Assembly: GCF_024521635.1 (NCBI RefSeq)
Contig: NW_026250410.1
Location: 1,116,001-1,180,000 of the forward strand
Source of the DNA: Tricharina praecox
Lineage: Eukaryota
Direction: 5' to 3'
DNA length: 64,000 nt
Shown: piece by piece, positions 63,253 through 64,000 of the stretch
How the letters are laid out: each line of letters opens with the position of its first letter
Numbering within the stretch: position 1 is the first letter of the stretch
Translations under genes and position numbers: made by a program
Notes under the pieces: generated by a model
The model's database searches: none
What the model was told of the DNA's origin: nothing
Seen by the model: only the letters and a program-made list of their open reading frames with translations

Positions 63253-63552
63253 TCAAAACTCACGATGAAACTTAGAAGTCCAAGAGCGGAGACGATTAAC
63301 GCTTTCCATCTCATCGTCCGCTGTTGAGATCAAACACTTGACCAGACAGACAGGCGAACGATTGTCCCATTGCTGGCGTTGATGAAAAATTCGCCAGACG
63401 AAATTTAACCAGCCAGGCGGTTTGGTTTCTGGCGTTTTCGCCGTGGAGAACAACCCATAGTTGGTCCAATTGAGACCAATCTCGAGATCCTCGACCACGA
63501 GATTCAGATTCAACTCAATCTCGAAGGTCTCGGACTGCGGCTCGAAATCCAT
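63253..63552 (-). CDS. Possible small hypothetical protein or gene fragment (99 aa)
   Basis: ATG-initiated ORF MDFEPQSETFEIELNLNLVVEDLEIGLNW... with protein-like composition and no recognised domain. Confidence 0.25.
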   Translation of the reverse strand: MDFEPQSETFEIELNLNLVVEDLEIGLNWTNYGLFSTAKTPETKPPGWLNFVWRIFHQRQQWDNRSPVCLVKCLISTADDEMESVNRLRSWTSKFHREF

Positions 63553-64000
63553 CCATGGAAACTTCAACTTTTACGCCTTGGAGCGATTCCGCAGGCAAAT
63601 GGAAACCCCTCAACACATAGGCGTGCCTTGTCGCAGCCCAGCCCAGCCCAGCCCTCCCTCCCTCCCGCTTGCTCAATCGGGTCGGAAGATAAACAACCCG
63701 CAAAAATCCGACCGGAGGTGCGGAGTTGTCCAGTTGAGAGTCTCTCGATACGGGATTGCCGCCAAAGATTGCGAACCAAGGCGAGTTGAAACCTCCGGCC
63801 GTTTCTCGCCACCGGGAGAGAAGCGGGAGCCGGAATTCCCCAGTTCAGTCCAGCCTCCCCACGACTCCCCACTCGCCACCGCCGTCGCCGCCCGTAGATA
63901 ATCGTTCAGCCCCCAGGTCTCTCCCCCCGCAAGGCCCAGTCCACAATCCGAAATCGTCCGGTGCCTAAGTTAATCGGCGACCAAACCCGTCCCCCCACGA

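Overview
Eukaryotic DNA from a filamentous ascomycete, inferred from short GT-AG introns with CTRAY branch points, a Zn2Cys6 factor, and GH55, PL4 and DUF1996 genes. Eleven conserved genes could be reconstructed by eye: a METTL25/RRNAD1-like methyltransferase, CFIm25/NUDT21, Yih1/IMPACT, acetoacetyl-CoA synthetase, a secreted DUF1996 protein, a GH55 exo-beta-1,3-glucanase, a PL4 rhamnogalacturonan lyase, an MFS sugar porter, an Hsp20, a Zn2Cys6 transcription factor and a GPR1/FUN34/YaaH acetate transporter. There are also 3-4 orphan ORFs. An accessory block (~3.8-16.2 kb) holds a decayed ~1.75 kb tandem duplication, a six-copy ~30-bp motif array downstream of a TATA box, a ~0.72 kb tandem duplication and two hAT-type MITEs with perfect TIRs and 8-bp TSDs. 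A Copia/solo-LTR nest lies at 45.8-48.0 kb. The most intriguing signals are two genes whose TAG stop is followed by an in-frame, coding-looking continuation (candidates for A-to-I stop editing, readthrough or alternative splicing) and the spaced-motif array at 11.2-12.7 kb. No rRNA, tRNA or CRISPR was found. Product names come from recognised motifs, not database searches.
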